From contig JASCQW010000156.1 in assembly GCA_030264375.1 (NCBI GenBank), forward strand, positions 14,140,214-14,204,213: a stretch of DNA of 64,000 bases, in the 5' to 3' direction. The notes under the pieces were generated by a model. The model saw only the letters and a list, made by a program, of their open reading frames with translations. It was not told where the DNA came from and did no database searches. Position 1 is the stretch's first letter; every line of letters begins with the position of its first letter. This document shows positions 62,895-64,000 of the stretch, in pieces. Both the position numbers and the translations under genes were made by a program. This stretch comes from Carcharhinus longimanus (Eukaryota).

Positions 62895-63487
62895 GTGGCA
62901 AGGTGGTTGCTGCTTCAATGCACCAAGGACCTGGGTTTGATTCCCGGCTTGGATCACTGTCTGTGAGTCTGCATGTTCTCCTTGTGTCTGCATGAATTTC
63001 CTCCGGATGCTCTGGTTTCCTCCCACAGTTTGAGAGACGTGCTGGTTAGGTGCATTATTTAAAGTTTATTCATTAATGTCACAGTAGTCTTTCATCAGCA
63101 GTGCAATGAAGGTACTGTGAAAATCTCCTCGTCACCACACTCTGATGCCTGTTCGCGTACACTGAAGGAGAATTTAGCATGGCCAATACACCTAACCTAA
63201 CCAGCATATCTTTTGGACTGTGGGAGAAAACTGGAGCACCTGGGGAAAATCAATGCACACACAAGGCGAACGTGCAAACTCCCCCACACAGTGACCCAAG
63301 CCAGGAATTGAACCCAGGTCCCTGACACTGTGAGGCAGCAGTGCTAACCACAGTGCTGCATTAGGCATGCTAAATTCTCCCTATGTACCCGAACAAACAC
63401 CAGACTGTGGCGACTAGGGGATTTTAACTGTAACTTCTTTGCAGAGTTAATGTAAGCTTACTTGTGACACTAACAAATAAACTTTTT
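62895..63487 (+). mobile_element. V-SINE variant (+) interrupted by an antisense copy of the same family (63058-63356)
   Basis: Host head and V-domain 62895-63057, host tail 63357-63487; insert bounded by tgcatta duplication; a CR1 tail (62872-62896) abuts the host 5' end. Confidence 0.85.
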
Positions 63488-64000
63488 GAGCCACATCTTG
63501 AAATACCAGCCATTCTGTGTAATGCAAACAGCTGACATTCTGAAAATTGTTTTCTCTTTCATCCCCATTTTACTCCCTTCCTCTCCTGAGAACACTCACT
63601 TGTGATGAGACAAGGTTCCACAGCACCTAGAATCCTGTAGGACTTTTCTCTCATGCCTTTTCATTAGGAGAGAATCTAAGAATTATGTAATGGCAGGCTA
63701 TCGAACCAGATATCTCAACATGTATGTTTTATTATCTCTCCCTCCCACTACCGTACCACCTATTCAGGTGATCTACAGTCTGAGGCCCTTCCAACTCCTC
63801 ACTGAAATTAAAGGTCACACAGTTACTAAAGCAATTGCCTACTCATAGGTCCATCTTTCTACTTTTGAACTAAAACCTTAATCGCTATCTTTATAGTAAC
63901 TTCACAAATACCCTCACTAGATAGCTTTCAGAAACTCTAATTCTGCTGCATGAGTTTTCACTTATGAGGGCTGGATTAGAGATTGGCATTTGTGCATTGT

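Larger units (their letters stand above)
8311..64000 (+). other. SKI: SKI intron 1 (extends beyond the window)
   Basis: Canonical GT donor at 8311; no recognisable Ski exon-2 peptide in the ORF track; a large first intron is typical of vertebrate SKI. An exon could be hidden in an N-gap. Confidence 0.7.

Overview
Vertebrate genomic DNA (AT-rich, CpG-depleted, 9 N-gaps), almost certainly from a shark or other elasmobranch, given the many HE1-type V-SINEs, CR1/HER1-type LINE tails and a Deu-domain SINE. The only host coding sequence I can support is the first coding exon of the SKI proto-oncogene (ATG 7402 to donor 8310, + strand). It covers the R-SMAD-binding N-terminus, the Dachshund-homology domain and the SAND domain. 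The remaining ~55 kb is SKI intron 1; I found no exon 2 in the window. Upstream and intronic DNA is full of TE relics (Rex/Babar, CR1, L2, RTE, Penelope-like, Harbinger, SINEs, MITE-like elements). The most interesting signals are: (1) a motif-dense CpG-island promoter inside intron 1 (~10.75-11.6 kb), followed on the minus strand by three strong splice donors, suggesting a spliced antisense transcript running through SKI exon 1; (2) a cluster of 12 SMAD-binding elements plus a RUNX site in 220 bp of the intron of a SMAD co-repressor gene; (3) a Penelope-like element with a hammerhead-ribozyme motif on the antisense strand only; (4) a possible intronic-polyadenylation, exon-1-only Ski isoform. 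All were found by eye and the functional readings are inferences.
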